64,000 nucleotides of DNA from Moniliella sp. 'wahieum'. Its lineage: Eukaryota. The DNA lies in assembly GCA_003971905.1 (NCBI GenBank), contig RSEE01000043.1:310001-374000 (forward strand), given 5' to 3'. The notes beneath the pieces were generated by a model. It saw only the letters and a program-made list of their open reading frames with translations. It was not told the origin of the DNA and ran no database searches. A program made the position numbers and the translations under genes. Of the stretch, positions 29,812-43,595 are shown one piece after another. Numbering within the stretch: position 1 is the first letter of the stretch; the number at the start of each line of letters is the position of its first letter.

Positions 29812-31804
29812 TCAAAGCACAATCTCTTCGATCCGTTCCTTCTTGGTGCCCAATTTGGGCAGACGCACATAGACGTCGGTCGAATGGCCCTCGAGCGAGC
29901 GGAACGCAATCGACCCTCCGAAAAAGTCACAATACACTTTCGTCATGGGAAGGCCCAGGCCGGTCTCTCTCATCCGGATGTCTGCCCGGTCCCCGCGCGG
30001 GTGTGTAGGAGGGCAAGGAGGAAGCAGGCTCGCGAACCGGATGGTCCTGCAACTGTTCCATGACCGATCCACGGAAACACCATGGGACCTGAGTGTGTCC
30101 AGCTGCACCTTTGATCCCAATCCGGACGGAGGAGAGGGCGTATCGTGGTCCTCGGTTTCCTGGCCCTTGGCCTGTCGCGCCTGCTTGCGTGCAGCTTCAA
30201 CTTCGAGTCGCTTGCGCACATTGGAGAAGGAGCAGAGGTAGCGGATCAGTGCGTCGCGCTCCTCAGCGTCCTCTTGGGACAAAAATGACGTATACCCCGC
30301 CGCACTCGACGAGATAAAAGGTGTGCGACTGTGTGTCAAGTGGCGAGCCATCGTCCCCAAACGCAAAGTCAGGCGCAGGGAGGTGCTTTGCTTCTGAGTT
30401 GGCTCCTACCGAAGCCGAGTGCGGGTGGGCGTGGCGCGGTACCGAGGGGGGAATGTGCCAAGCGAGACTGGTCAGGCCCGGGGGGTGAGACGTCCGTGCT
30501 GTGGGCGGAGACACCGCGCCAGGGGGCACATATTCCAGCGCGGAAGACCTAAGAGGGTGTCGGGATGAGGCCATCATAGCCTGCCGTTGCACCTCTGGGT
30601 CGTGGAACACGATGCCACCCTCTGCTGCGCTCATGTCTGCCCGCTCGTCGGGGACGGGTACCGAAGCAGGCAGGGGCGCGGTAAGGTCCTTGGTCACGTC
30701 GGGCAACCCCCCACCCGAATCAGAGAACCGAATGATAATATCCTCGTCTGCTGGGCCCTCGACAACGGTGACGCGAATCGGGACTGGGTCGCGCTTATCC
30801 ACGGGCCGGTTCATGGTGGACCGCATGGCGTTGGATACCAGTTGAAACATGATCCATTCGAGGTGCTCGGGAACGTATGCGATTCGAGCCCCAAGTCGCC
30901 ATCGACAGTGACATGAGGGATGAAGGGATCGTCAGGGCGAATCCCCCTCTCAGCAGCAAAGATGTTGCGGAGCAAGTCAATCACCTTGAAAATTACCGCG
31001 GCGATCGATAGACGTGTATAGATGATGCCGATTTGTGATCCTTCCTCATCCACAGGTGAAAGGGGAGGGGGGGCGCCTGATGAGAGCTTCGACGAGGAAG
31101 ACGGGTCAGAAGGCGTCACATGCGATGGATCCTCCAACGCTTCCGTCAGGGCAATATGCTGTTCAGCCAGAACACGGCGGGAGATACGAGAGCGGAGCAT
31201 TCTCTGCATAAATGCGTCGAGTTGTGAAGCGGATAGATGGTCAGACGACTCGACAATACCGATGGTGAGAGATGGGATGACAGTGAGGTGGTCGTTGAGT
31301 AATGTACGGAGCAAGGCACAGAATTTGTCGTTCTGCTCCATCGTCTGAATGCGAGGGAACTTGCGCGACGGTCGAAAGCGGTGTAGTAATGTGGGCATAC
31401 ACACTTTCCATGTGAGGATTGGTCATAACTGCATAGGGTAGGCCTTGGAGGTCGCGAATGCGGTGCGCAATGCGGACAGGCAGCTCTTCCCTCACATAGT
31501 TGGCGAGGCGATGAGTTGCGCTCGTCGCGCCGAGCCAGCAGCGTCCGGCCAAAGAAGATGAGTTGACGCAAGGTGGTAAGGGTCGCAGGCCGCGCCCACT
31601 GGTCGAGGACCTTGTTGAGATAGAAGCGGCGGCTGAGATCCGACGACTTGGTGTCAATTGGAGCATGGGCTGTTCGTGCAGAGCACGCAGGGACGGAAGG
31701 GCGGGGCCAGGCGGGGGGGCCGGACGCGGGGGGGCACGGAGGGGCATTCGGGTAGGAGGCGAGTGCAGTAGCAAGCAGTGCGGGGGAACACGAGGCCTGG
31801 CCAT
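29812..31804 (-). CDS. Mitochondrial alpha-ketoacid dehydrogenase kinase family (PDK/BCKDK; GHKL ATPase fold)
   Basis: Motifs are TLRQLIFFGR, ANYVREELPVRIAHRIRDLQGLPY and RSRISRRVLAEQHIALT. The N-box is FQLVSNAMRST, the G1 box is IRFSDSGGG and the G2 box is GLGLPMTKVYCDFFGG. The start codon is uncertain. Confidence 0.85.
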
Positions 31805-32308
31805 TGCAGCGCAGAACGCCCAAGGAGGAGTGGCGGCGCAGAGCAGGTGGTGGGGGCCACAGTTGGTGCCTGCCAGTGGATGTATCTGCTGCGCTGGGCA
31901 TCCCGCCCCAGCTCCGCCGCTGGGTTTAGGCTGAGCGTTTCGGCGTTTGCAACATTGCACGGTGGGCGTCGTGCGTCGCCTGAGCGCTGATAAGCGCCTT
32001 TAAGATTGGGCCCTGGGACGTTAGGCCTTAGGGTTAAGAGCTGTGCCAGCCTGGAGGTTTCAGCTTCGGGGCGGCTGGGCCGCGCCTGGTTTATGTCAGC
32101 AGCAGCTCGCGCTGAGCTCAGCCCGCTCCAGTGGGTTGGGCAGAGCAGACGTGGCTGGCTTGCATGCCCAGCGCGCTCGTCGTCCTCACCGTCCTCCACG
32201 CGCTCGCCAGCCGCCGCACCCGCACCCAACACCACACCACACCACCAAGCCCTCCCTCCAGCCGACACGGCCCACATCTCTCCGCCCCCCGCTCTGCTCT
32301 GTCTGGAC

Positions 32309-35300
32309 ATGCCGAGTGCTCCGGCGGTATAAGTGGCGATCGCTTGTCGCCCGCCACCCCCCCCCTCCCGGCGTCCTGTCGGAAGCCGAGGGAAACGCAG
32401 CTGTGGTTCTCGACCGTGTATGTCCTGCGCCGCTCTCTCATTCTCCTCCCTGCGCTTACCGATAGGCACCACTGGCTGACGTCCTCTATTCTTCCCCACA
32501 GGCCGCGCTTGCCAAAGCCTCGAGACCGAAACAGGGGGACATCTTTGTTCTCCAATGGCTCTCCACCCTCGACGCACGCTCTCGACATCTTCTCGAGTAC
32601 GTGCCACACCCCTCCTCCGCGTGTTCCCTACTGACACTTGACGTTGCACCCACCAGGAGTTTGTTGAGAAGCACCAGGCCGACTTGGAAAAAGTGCTTCT
32701 CTCTGTCTCTCCCCTCGTCGGTGCAGCCGCCGCGGCAAACCTTCAAGGGATCTGCTCCGGTCACGGGCATTGCCAATGCCGTCTTTGAAGTACCAGCCCT
32801 CGATGCACCCAAACCAGGCCGGCCTGAGCGCCATCTGCTTGCACGCACTTTATTCTTCTGTTTGGCGCTGGAGAGTCCCGGTCGCTCTTTGACATCATGG
32901 CAGCTCTCCTCCGTGCCGCGTCGGAGGACCCTTCCAAATTTGTCTCTGGTCCAAACCAGGGGTCGGTATACAAGGCGCGTTCGAAAAGATGGGTCGTGCT
33001 GCCGCCTTCTACATTCTCGGAGAGCTCTTCTTTGCCCTGGGTCACAATGTGATGAGCTTATTCAATGAGATCGTCTCGGTGGCTCAAGCTGTCGCCAAGC
33101 ACACTGCCCACCCCACCATCCTGCGGTACCAAGCCCTCCTCTGTCTTCACAAACTCTTGCTCAAAACTGCGAGCAACATTGGTGATGCGCTGGGCAAGGA
33201 ACTGCTGCGCCACACCCGCCAAGGACTTGCCGACAAGGCAGGTCCGGTTGTTCGGGCCAATGCCGACTGTCTGACAGTCGTTGTGCGCAACACGAATCTC
33301 TTCAACTCTCGCAACGAAATCGAAACGGTTCTCACCGCCGCCCTCAAAGCATTGGAAACAGCTGATTACCCAACCAAACGATCTTTGGTTCAACTATCAG
33401 CGTCTCTGTTGGCGCGCACACAGCAAGAAGTCGTACCGGTTGCTGCCCCCAAGAAGGTCAAGAAGAGAAGAAGGCAGCGGTGGTGCCTCCTCGGATACTG
33501 AAGACCTGGGTATCAGCGGAACGGGCGGTGCGTCCAATGATGGCCAATTCCGCAAGGTTATGGACCCTACCTACCGCCATGCTGGAGCAAGTTGCAGGGG
33601 CCTCTGGAGACCCACCTCCACTCGGGCGCTTCAGTGTTCCCTGCTGGATGTCTATGCGCCTTGTTTACCGAGCTCGGCACTGAATGGGTCAATGTCAACT
33701 ACGAGCTGATCCTCGAGCATCTTCTGGAGCGCTCCCTGCTCGCTCAAGCTACCTCATCACGATCAACAGGACGCGCAGTTTGTGCGGAGAGGAGTGGGCA
33801 TTGTTCTGCGTCAATTGGTGGGCGAGCGGATTTGGGGAGCAAGGTCAAGTTGCTGCCATTACGACCATCTCCAACAAATATCTCACCAAGTACCCAGCGC
33901 TCACGCCTTCGGCGCGGGCACCAGATGAGTTGACGCTGGTGATGGGGTTGGAAGAGGTGGCCGGTCTACTGGAGCAACTGGGGAATGCGTCAAGTCAAGT
34001 GTACGAAGTGCTTTACGACCCCGTCTTGCGCAACCTCAACCACCGTCCAATGCTGTGCAGGTGGCTGCCTCACGGGTACTCCAGATCTACTGCGACGTGG
34101 CCCCGGGGTACTCAAGCGGATCGAGTACTGCAGGACAACCTCTCGCGCGACATCCACAACCTCATTGCCCACGCGCAGAATTCGCACTCGGTGCAAGTCA
34201 TTGAACTCTCTCGCCGTGCTACAGGGCGTGCTCGCTCTTTGGCCGCCCTCGTCTCGCTCATCCCCAAGCGGCCGCTGTACATTGACGGATTCCAGGTTTC
34301 GGGCGAGTTGATTGCGATTGCGATCGATCGGCTCAAGCAGGCCGGCAATCACGACTTCATGTATCGGCTGTCGAGATCCAGTGGCCTGGTCGATGCTGAC
34401 GGGTCTGATGGCTGGGACCGCAGTATGTCAGTGGGCACCTGGGCACGCTGCTGAGCCTATGGAAGAACGCACTGCCCCAAACCACAACGCGTACCTTGCC
34501 TGCCGGGGCTACCGCGGGGGGGAGTGCTGGTGCTCGATCCGAGGCCGAATGGGCTTTCCTATTGCACGTCAGGAGTGCGCTTGACGTGCATCTTGGCCTT
34601 TGTTTTGCACAATGGTCCACTACTTACTCCTCGCTCGTTCGGATGTGCCTCGGAAAATTGTCCTCTTCTCAACAATATGCTCCAGTTCCTCGATGCTTTC
34701 CATGCTACCCATCCACACCTCATCAGTGAGCAGACTCAGGTGGTGCTTCAAGGGCAACAGAACACCACTACCACTCTACTCGACCGAGCCTTCTTTCCCG
34801 TCGCCGTCTGTTTCAAATCTTTGCGTGCCTCACCGACGTTGGTCCGGCAGCTAGCACCGCGCTTGAAGGGGTGGAGGTGACTTGCTGATGCAGTGTGTCT
34901 CCGACCTGGCAGAGCCGGACAAGTACGTGGGGTCGTCGGCCTTGGCCGCCATTGCGGCTGGTGCAGGCAACTTTACCTCATCTGGGACGTTCACGATGGT
35001 TATGCCTTTGGCCTGACGAGTCTGGTGGACAGCTATGGCAACCTTGACTTTACTGGTCTGGCGCGACTCTTTCCGTCAGGCAGCCCTGTGGCAGGTGAAG
35101 GGGAAAACATCTCGGTTGCAGGGTACAGCGGAGCAGGTACCGAGCCTCTAGTGGGCAGACGCGACTGAATCGTACCTTGCTCGAGGACGAACTGGACCAG
35201 CTGCAGCATCAACCCATCTTTCACACGCCTATGAGAACGACCTTGCACATCTTGCGCTTTTCCCCCTGTCCCTCACTTGCCTCGGGACAGTACTAGCGGC

Positions 35301-38300
35301 ACCCAAATACGGCTTCGCAGCAGGCCATTCAGAGCTATGCGGCACTCAACGTTGGTCTCTACTCTGCTACTCCCGTCCCTGCCTTGACAGCCGTGGTGGA
35401 CCTCGCCGTCGTCCTTTTTGCCCGGATCTTTGCCACCCAGAGCGCCAGCGTGCAACAAATGCGATCGAACGGCTCGCGCTTCTGAGCCACGTTCTGTCCT
35501 GTCAAGCTGGACAAGAACCCGGGCCGTAGGTTGGCCGTACGTCTCAATGCTCTCGCTGCAGTGGGGGGAGCGCTTCGCTCTATCGTTTCCTCCTCCACGG
35601 GGGACGACCAGCTGCCAGCTTGCGCGCCGATCCACTCATGTCTCTTCTCCGCGACCTGCTTCGTACTTGCCTCTTGACTCCCGAGCGGCCATTGCAAAAA
35701 GTCACGGCGAGGCGTATGGGCGGTTGGCCGTCGCTGTCGGTGGCTTGGCTCACTTTAGTCCTCAAGTGCAGTTTCTGGTGGACCAAGTGATTAGCAATCG
35801 GGACCCGCGGCGGTGCGGGCCGGGTGTGCATTGGCCTTTGGACAGATTTATTCCGGCTTGGGCGCCTTGAATGCAAACCCGGTGATGAAGACGGTGGTGA
35901 ACATGCTGATGAGCTTGGCAGCCGACCCACACCCTGTCGTGCATTACCATGCGCTTACTCCCTCCGCATGGTGATCGAGAACGCCAGCTTGAGCTACACT
36001 CCGTATGTGGCTTCGACACTGGGCATGCTTGCGCGGCTGTACATGCAGGACACGCATGAGGCCGAAGGCGGAGTGTGGGAAGCGTCAATTTGCGCGGCAA
36101 CCTACCCGCTCAAGAGGCCATGGTGCAAATCATCAACACGCTCGTCGGTACCTTAGGGCCCGAGTTGGCAGACAGCCCCGGATTCGCGAATTGGTCTTAA
36201 TTCTTTTGCATGAGTTGGCGGCCGACCCACAGGGAGAGCGGCACACTGATGCTTCGACCGCTGTCGAGGTAACGCGTGCGTACGCCCACTTCAATCTGTT
36301 TGCCCGGCCTTCATTGATCAGGCGGATTGGATCCGGGTGCTACGGACGCACCTTACGGCGGCTTAGTGCGCCCCGGGCGCTCAAGGTTGCGGCTGACGGC
36401 TCGTATCAACTGGTGCAGAAGGATGCTCTTGTGGTGTCCAAGTCGGTGGAGACCGGTTGGCCGAAGACTTTTTCTCCAGTTAGACTTTGATCCTGGCTTG
36501 GACGGAGTACGAGAGGTGACGCGTAATTGGTTGCGGCAGACGGCTCCGGTCAATCCGCGTGCAGTGGGTTGATCTGTGCCAGCGCATCATCTCGGGCGCT
36601 CCCAAGTCGGCTACGGAACCTGTTTGGCGAGCGGGAAAGCCCAAGGCATCCGATTGGCCGCCGTCGAGCTACAAGATGATGAAGTAGCCAGTCTGGGAAT
36701 CGAGTCTTCCACCTCGTTTGATACGCAGAACTGCCGCTGGCGGACCAAGTTGTTGCCCTCGAGTGTGTGCACGATGTGTTTTTTCTGTCTTTCTCCGTTC
36801 GACTGGCCGTTTGGAACACTTTGCTACCTCACCCGTCTAGCCACGCGCGGCCACCGTGCGTAGCAGTTCTTACTCTCGAGCCGGATCGGGGACCTGATCA
36901 AGATGGCGTTCAGTGCTTCGACCGACGGCAAACACGGGCATTCGTCTGGCCGGTCTCATTGTCTTGAGCGACGTGATTGACAATTTCAAGGACACGCCCG
37001 ATCCCGACTTTGACGAGTCGTTTGCGACTCCCGGCGAGGAGGGGAATGATAAGATGGTCATCTTGGAGCACATCAAGCGCCATTCCGCTGCTCTTATGCC
37101 GGCTTGGCTGCGCCCCGGCGCAGCGGCGCCATCACCTCGCCTGAGGTGGTTGCTTCGGCCATCCAAGTATGTGCTACGTACGTGGGCTCGGGCATCGTGC
37201 GCGAGGTAGGACAGATGGGACGGATTCTCAAGCAGTGGTTGCTTCGTTGCCACGATGTATCGGATTCGATAAGGATTCGAGCGAAGAGGCGGAGACGATG
37301 GATCAGGTGGCATGGCAGCTTCCCAGCCCGTCAAGGCTACCGCGTTTGCCCCTAACGCTCATGCCATGTTGAAGATTGCCGTGCTGAAAGCGTGGCCCAG
37401 CTCTACCTCGCAGCCAACGGCAAGTCTATTTGGCCCAGATGTGCGCGCCCCAGCTGGAACCCGTTTTGGTTCCCCATTGGGGGGTCGCTGTCTTGACTGA
37501 GTATGCCCATTTGCGCAACACGAGCGAGGACGAGTTGGCGTGGGAGCAGCCGTTCAGGTCAAGCCGGTCGGATCAGGGAGCAAGTCGCCGGCCAAACAGA
37601 GATACCTTGGACCGGGTCGTAATGCAGCCTTTGTACCAAGGCGCGTGGGTGTACTACTTGAAGCGATGGCGTGCTTGATGCATTCCGACACGGATCGCAT
37701 GGTGCTGGACAAGGTCTTCCCGACAGAAGAACAAGGACAAGGCGACCATCTCATTTTTCTGGCCCCTGTATGGATTGGCATTTGAAGTGCTCGCTGCGCC
37801 GCAGACGGGGCAGATGTGGTACGGGAGGCCAAGAGAAACAAGTGCGCTCCATACGTTGCAACAGCTTACCCTCCACCATCGTTGGTCGGGAGCTTCGTTG
37901 ACCGGCGATGCACGGGTGCTGCAAGAGCTCGTCAGCTTATTCTCCGTATGGCTGCAACCGAGACTAGTGTGACAGTACAGAATTGGTGCTGGAGTTGCTG
38001 GCTTGTGCTTGGGTTTGTTTGGCCGCGCCGCCTGGAGCTGGGGCTGAGGGATCGGACGCTGTGTCGGAAGCCAATAAGGATATGGTTACGGATGCTGCCT
38101 TGCGCGCTTCCATCCTGGCTCCAGAACGCTCGCACTCGGTTTGGAGCTGGGCCAGTCGACGAACAAGCTACCTTGATCAACCGTGCGTACCGAGTGGCGC
38201 TTGCGATTTGTGCGCCTCACGTCCAACTTGGCCGACAAGGCCAACTTGCTCGCCCTTCTGCTTCATCTCTACTCGGAGCAACTGAGAGACGAAACAACCG

Positions 38301-39371
38301 TGACGGATACCATCCCCTCTACCTCCTCACTCAAGCTAATCTGCGAGGCGATCCCTCGTCGCTCGACATTGGTTCTGGACCACGGAGACGATTCAACTAG
38401 CCTTGCATGGGTTTACCTCGCAGTGCGTGACGACACTTAGTGGTGCGATGCGCTCTCGCCAGCCCGTCGTGACCACCTTGTTGGTTCGTGGCAACTTTTT
38501 GGCCATGACGCTGCTTCTAACTTCGACGCGATCCTTCTTGGTCGTTGGGCCGGACGGTACTGAAGAATTTTGGTACGAGTTATTTTACCGCTTTGTCGCC
38601 GCACCTGCCACTGGGACCCTGCCACCTTCCGCAACAGACGAAGAGCGTTCGGCGCACCAAATGGCCTTGGCTGGACGATCGTGTATCTTGTCCTTGGTCA
38701 AAGCTACCTCTGCCGGTCCACCAGCTCCACGGCGGTGCGGTACTGCGTAAGCCACCTGTTAGCTGCTATGTTCGGCCACATTGCTTCTCAGCCCCTGCCT
38801 TGGCTCGCTTCCGCCTCGCTGCTCGCTCGGACGCAACGGCCGAGGTGGAAAAACGTTGGTGGTGGTAGGAGAAGAAATACAGATGCTCACTGTCCCGCTG
38901 GACGCTTGGCCCTCCGACACGCGTACGTATCCTACCCTATCCTATCCTCCTACCGTATCCTATCCTACGCCCTCAGGTCGTACCCTCCGATCCAGGTGCA
39001 GATGCTATTGGTATTGGTTCATTGGTTCTAACGTGACGAACTTTACGACTTAACTCTTCAGACGAAGCGCTGTTGGCCAGCCTGGTACCGGCCTTACTGG
39101 CTCTGCTGGATGCAGACAGCCACACTACTTCCCCCGGTACGAGTGCGGGTACCGTCTAGCCAGTCGGCACCTCGTTGCGCTGGTCAAGGCGCATCCGGCC
39201 GGGTTCAAAGCGGTGGCCGATCAGTTGGGTACCGAGCAGCGCACTCAATTGCAGTCGGCGTTGCGGGACGCGTTGGGTGCAGCGGCAGCTGGGCCGACGA
39301 CACAGCAAACGGGTCAAGTGCCACCGCCTCGCCGAGGCGGAGGGATCTCCCTCCGTTCGTTTGGTAGGTGA
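32309..39371 (+). CDS. LAA1: Large HEAT-repeat AP-1 accessory protein (Laa1/HEATR5 family); several introns and many frameshifts
   Basis: About 7 kb of helical-repeat fragments, including KPGRPERHLLAR, LADKAGPVVR, VQFLVDQVISNRDP, LKTVVNMLMSLAADPHPVVH, YQLVQKDALVVSK, DLIKMAFSAST and YVGSGIVREV. The C-terminus reads ISLRSFGR*. Family recognised from memory. Confidence 0.8.
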
Positions 39372-40029
39372 GGTGAGGTGAGGCCGAGGGGCGAGAGGGC
39401 GAAGAAATGGGGTAGAAAGAAGCTCGTGCTCCCCCCACGACACTGCGCAGACTGCCAAAGCAACGGAGGGGCCTTGGTCGTCGTCCCTATGAAAACTCTA
39501 TCCTTGCAACTAGAATATCAGAATGCCGTAGTGCAGGCTACGAATAAGCTAAGCTAGGTCGATGTCCTACTTGGAAAATTGCGCAAAGCCAGGGTAGATA
39601 GTTCCCAGCCTACCTCCTCCGCTTGCGTAAGAGAGAAGGGGCAGGGTGCCCCTTTCCACATCGAACACAAGTGGAATAGAGCGGCCAACGGGGGGACAAA
39701 GCAAAGCAAGCGAAAAAAGAAGGACAGAAATAAAGAGCACAGACAAAGGAACAAAGACAAAGACAGAAAGAAACGGTACCGATAGGGGGGGCAGAACAGA
39801 AAGAGAGACGAGCGCGACCAAGTCGGGGGGGGGGGGGGGGGGAAACCTCAATAATAGGAGACCGCAAGTGGGAAAGGAAAAAAGGGAGAATCTCGGATTT
39901 ACACACTGTCACCCAGCACAATTCACTGAGGTGAAGAGGCAGGCGCGGTGGGTGGAGGGGGGGGAGGACACAAAGAAGAGCAGGTCGGTCCCAAAACCAA
40001 CAACCAACAACCAAAACCACAAGATGGTT

Positions 40030-41724
40030 TTACTCGGCGTGGGGCGCAGCGCTGCTCTCAGCGTGAGGAACAGCCTGTTCCGCCTTCTTCTCCAAAGCGT
40101 ACCGTGTGACCAATTTGGACGCCCGAGCCCTCGGGTGCACCGAGTATTCCGGCACCGTCTCGGCAGGAGCAGCGGGGGTACCAGTCTGAGCAGACTCGTA
40201 AGCGTGCTCCTCCTCTTCCTCCTCTTCTTCTTCCCCTGCTTCGGGATCCTCCTCCTCCTCTTCTTCTTCCTCTTCCTCGATCTCCTCCTCGATCGAAGAC
40301 CCTTCGTCCTCCTCTTCCTCTTCCTCCTCGTCTTCGGAACGGTATCCGACGGCACGCACCGCGGCGGGCACAGGGCCCGATCGGTCCATCTGCTCCGACG
40401 TGGTGAGATACACCTTGGACAACTGTTTAATGTCGTTCCACCACTCCATCATCTCGTTATGGCTACGAGCGCGGAAGGTGTAGGCCTGTTCACCACGGAG
40501 ACTCGCCAACGCATTGTCCGACTTGGCCGCGGTAATGTGGAATTGTGGCTCTTGGATGCCATAGTCGAAGGCGCACCGAGCGTGCACTCGGGCAGGAAGA
40601 GCGACAGAACAGGTGGGGGTGACGGTGCGGGTCGGACGAAGGGTGTTCGTGGAGGTAGCCAGCAGGCGTGAGAACATAGAAGGATTCCTTGTACGTCTTG
40701 GTGAAGCGTTCTTGCGCTCGAGAATGCCATGGTGGACCGGGATGACCGACGGGTCGTCCTTGCCGGGTAATCGATGGTTTCCGGGTTGCGCAACGGCGTG
40801 TCCGGGTCCAGTAGGTGGTCCGACCGCGCAGCAAATGCAATCCATTCCGCGTTGGGCTGGAGACCGCGCATGTGCACGCCGAGCGACAGCCACGTGTCCT
40901 GCACCTGCGCGACATGCGACCTGACCATTCGTCAAACGTCTGCCAAGCCGACTGGATCGAGCGCACAATGCCCTCCTCAAAGTGCGCCGAGTTCTGCTGC
41001 ATAATGATGATGGACTTTTGCAGTGCGTTCTCCTCGTTCACCTGGCGCTGCAGTGGCGGAACACAGTGGCATTCTGCGCCCACGGATCCTCGCGCGCCGT
41101 CACGCTCATGGGGGCATTCTTGAGGAGCGTGATTGACTTGGCCAAGTCCGTAATGAGCTTGGTTGACATTTCACGTTCCTTGGCCACACTGTTGGCCAGC
41201 TTGCCCGTGTCTTGTTGGACGTTGCGAATGTGGGCCTTGATCTCGGTACGCAACTTCTGCAAGTGCTGGACAATGGACCCCTCAACGGTCTTGCCCAAAT
41301 TGGCGTGGTGATCAGCAATGACACGTGTCTTGTCGCGGATGGCAGTACACATCTTGGATCCCATCTCGCCCAGGAACTGGTTGCCCTCCCGAACGGCACT
41401 TGGATGACACCGCCCAGCTTGGTCAGCTGCGAGAGTGTTGTACTCAATGTCGGCGATGCCCTCAAAGTAGGCAATGAGCTGCTTGGTGATGTTTCCAACC
41501 TGCAGCGGGTCAGCGGGGAAGGGGTTAGCCAGTGAGCACGGATAGGATTGAAACGGCGGCAAGGGAGGGAACGCACCATTGAAGCGTTCGATCAAAATGT
41601 CGGACGGACGCAGCTCGTTGGGGCCGGTGTTCTTCTTGATCAGCGACGCATTGCGGGAGGCAATGGTGCTCTTGCGGGAGACGGTAGTGGAGCGGGAGAT
41701 GGACTGGGCGTCGTACTGCGACAT
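40030..41724 (-). CDS. Slm1/Slm2-like BAR + PH domain protein with acidic tail; intron about 41501..41576
   Basis: Motifs are RPSDILIERF, KQLIAYFEGIADIE, ENALQKSIIIMQQNSAHFEEGIVRSIQSAWQTF, KTYKESFYVLTPAGYLHEH and YTFRARSHNEMMEWWNDIK, followed by a poly-E tract. Confidence 0.82.
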
Positions 41725-43595
41725 GGCCGGCAAATACCAGGGAAGTGGTGGGGGGGAGACAAGAAGCAGGGCCAGGGGCGCTGGCTTGACTTTGGTTGCG
41801 CTTGAAGCGTTTGGGCGTTTGGGCGTTTGGTCTGTGCGATTTTGATCAGCACTGCAAAGCCGATCCGGCGGCCCGCCGCCCGGCGCCTGTGTGCCCAGCG
41901 CCGCACCTACGAGTGTCCAGGCCTGCCGTTTAACCTTTGGGGGGGCGGCAGGGGGCCAGTGCGGGGATGCGGTCCGCGGAGGCACAGCGAGGCTGTCGCA
42001 CGCTGTCGCAGCTGCGCCCGGGCTGGTGATGTCATCGCACAGCCTTCGCGGGGCGCGGCCCACTGGCGCTGTGCCCGTTGCAGCGCATCCCTCGCCCATG
42101 ACGTCGTATCTGCACGGCCGTTCAGTACTACTACTCAGTGCGGCTGCGTTGGCATGACGCAGCGGAGGCCGCCTGTCCGCCTCAGATCGACCGTCTGTTC
42201 AACGATAGTCGATAGACCAGCGACGACCGCTGGTTATAACATGTGCCCGCACCCATCACCTTCAGCGACAAGTCACTAGCGTCACCGATTCGCCTGTCAT
42301 CATGTCATCGTCCCCCCTGCACCACGCCTGCCCCTTCCCTTGCCAATTGCTGTGCCCCCACGGCTCGGATCGTCGAAAACCGACTGATGATCTCGATGAT
42401 CGATCGCCGTCAGGCAGGCCAGGCATTCTCTCATCGCCATCGGCATCGTCGATCATCGGATCACACCTAGGCTCCAAAACATAACTTAGCGCGTACCAAC
42501 GGGTTTACCAAAAAAAAGGTCAAGTGCTGTTGGTCACAAGCAACGTAAGAGGCCTATTAAGGGATGGATTATCGATCCAGCCTGCGCCCGAAGACACGAT
42601 GAGAAGACATGCATTATTCTGACAGCAATTGCTTTACGGAAAGGTAGCCCATGCAAAAGGGGGACATGGGAACATCCGTGTCCATTGCACCTTCAAGAGC
42701 GCCATATATATCCCCATGCACCACCTCAGGACGAAAGATTTCCTTCCTACGGTCAAAGGGGATCATAAGAGTTTCTTGCGTTTGCAACAGTGTGAAAGGG
42801 AAGAAGGTAGCTAGCGGTGTTGTCGATAAGTAATGGATCTGGTATTGAGGAGCGAGTATATGGAGAGGTATGGACCCGTGGACTGTGGAAGGTTCAGAAG
42901 CCGGAAGGAGAGGCTCGTAGAAGAAGAGTCCGGGAAGCCCCAACCCGATCCATGGTATATGTGTGACGAATAGGCCAATGGACTCTAATCACTAGTGGTC
43001 AAAGCATAGCTGGGTTCCATGGTGTGCTATGTTGAGTCCCGCAAGCGATTGCAAGTGTATTAAGGAAATGGACATATCAAGAAGCACTTTGCTAGTATAC
43101 TCTCATTAGGCGTTTGCTGACAGCTGCGCCCATGGAATCCGAAAAAACCAATGGTGTCTGTAACAGATAAGTATCCCGCCCCCCTCTAGTTCGTTTCCAA
43201 AGTCTGGTGTATCGCGAGTGGATATGCGGAAGAGCCTGTGCTGGCCATGGGCATGTGAGCAAGATGATCCCCATCTGGTCTCTCACAAGGCTTGCACCCC
43301 AGCTGGGCTGCTGCGATGAATAAAAATGGCATCGAAAGAACAGCGCTGAGGAGCGAACAATTGAAACGAGTCGGGGCCCGCCGTCTTCGGGGCACAGGGG
43401 CAGAGGAGCAGGCGGGGCAGCGTGTTCCAGCACCTTCCGAACACCTGCCACGCCACCTCCGACATGCAACATTCAATCTTCAATCTTCAACCTTCACGCC
43501 CTCCCCGCGCGGAGGCACAAGGCAGGTGCTGAGGGACCCAGCATGCATCCGTCCTGCCTTCTCGCCCGACCGACACCCAGCCAGCCACCACCACC

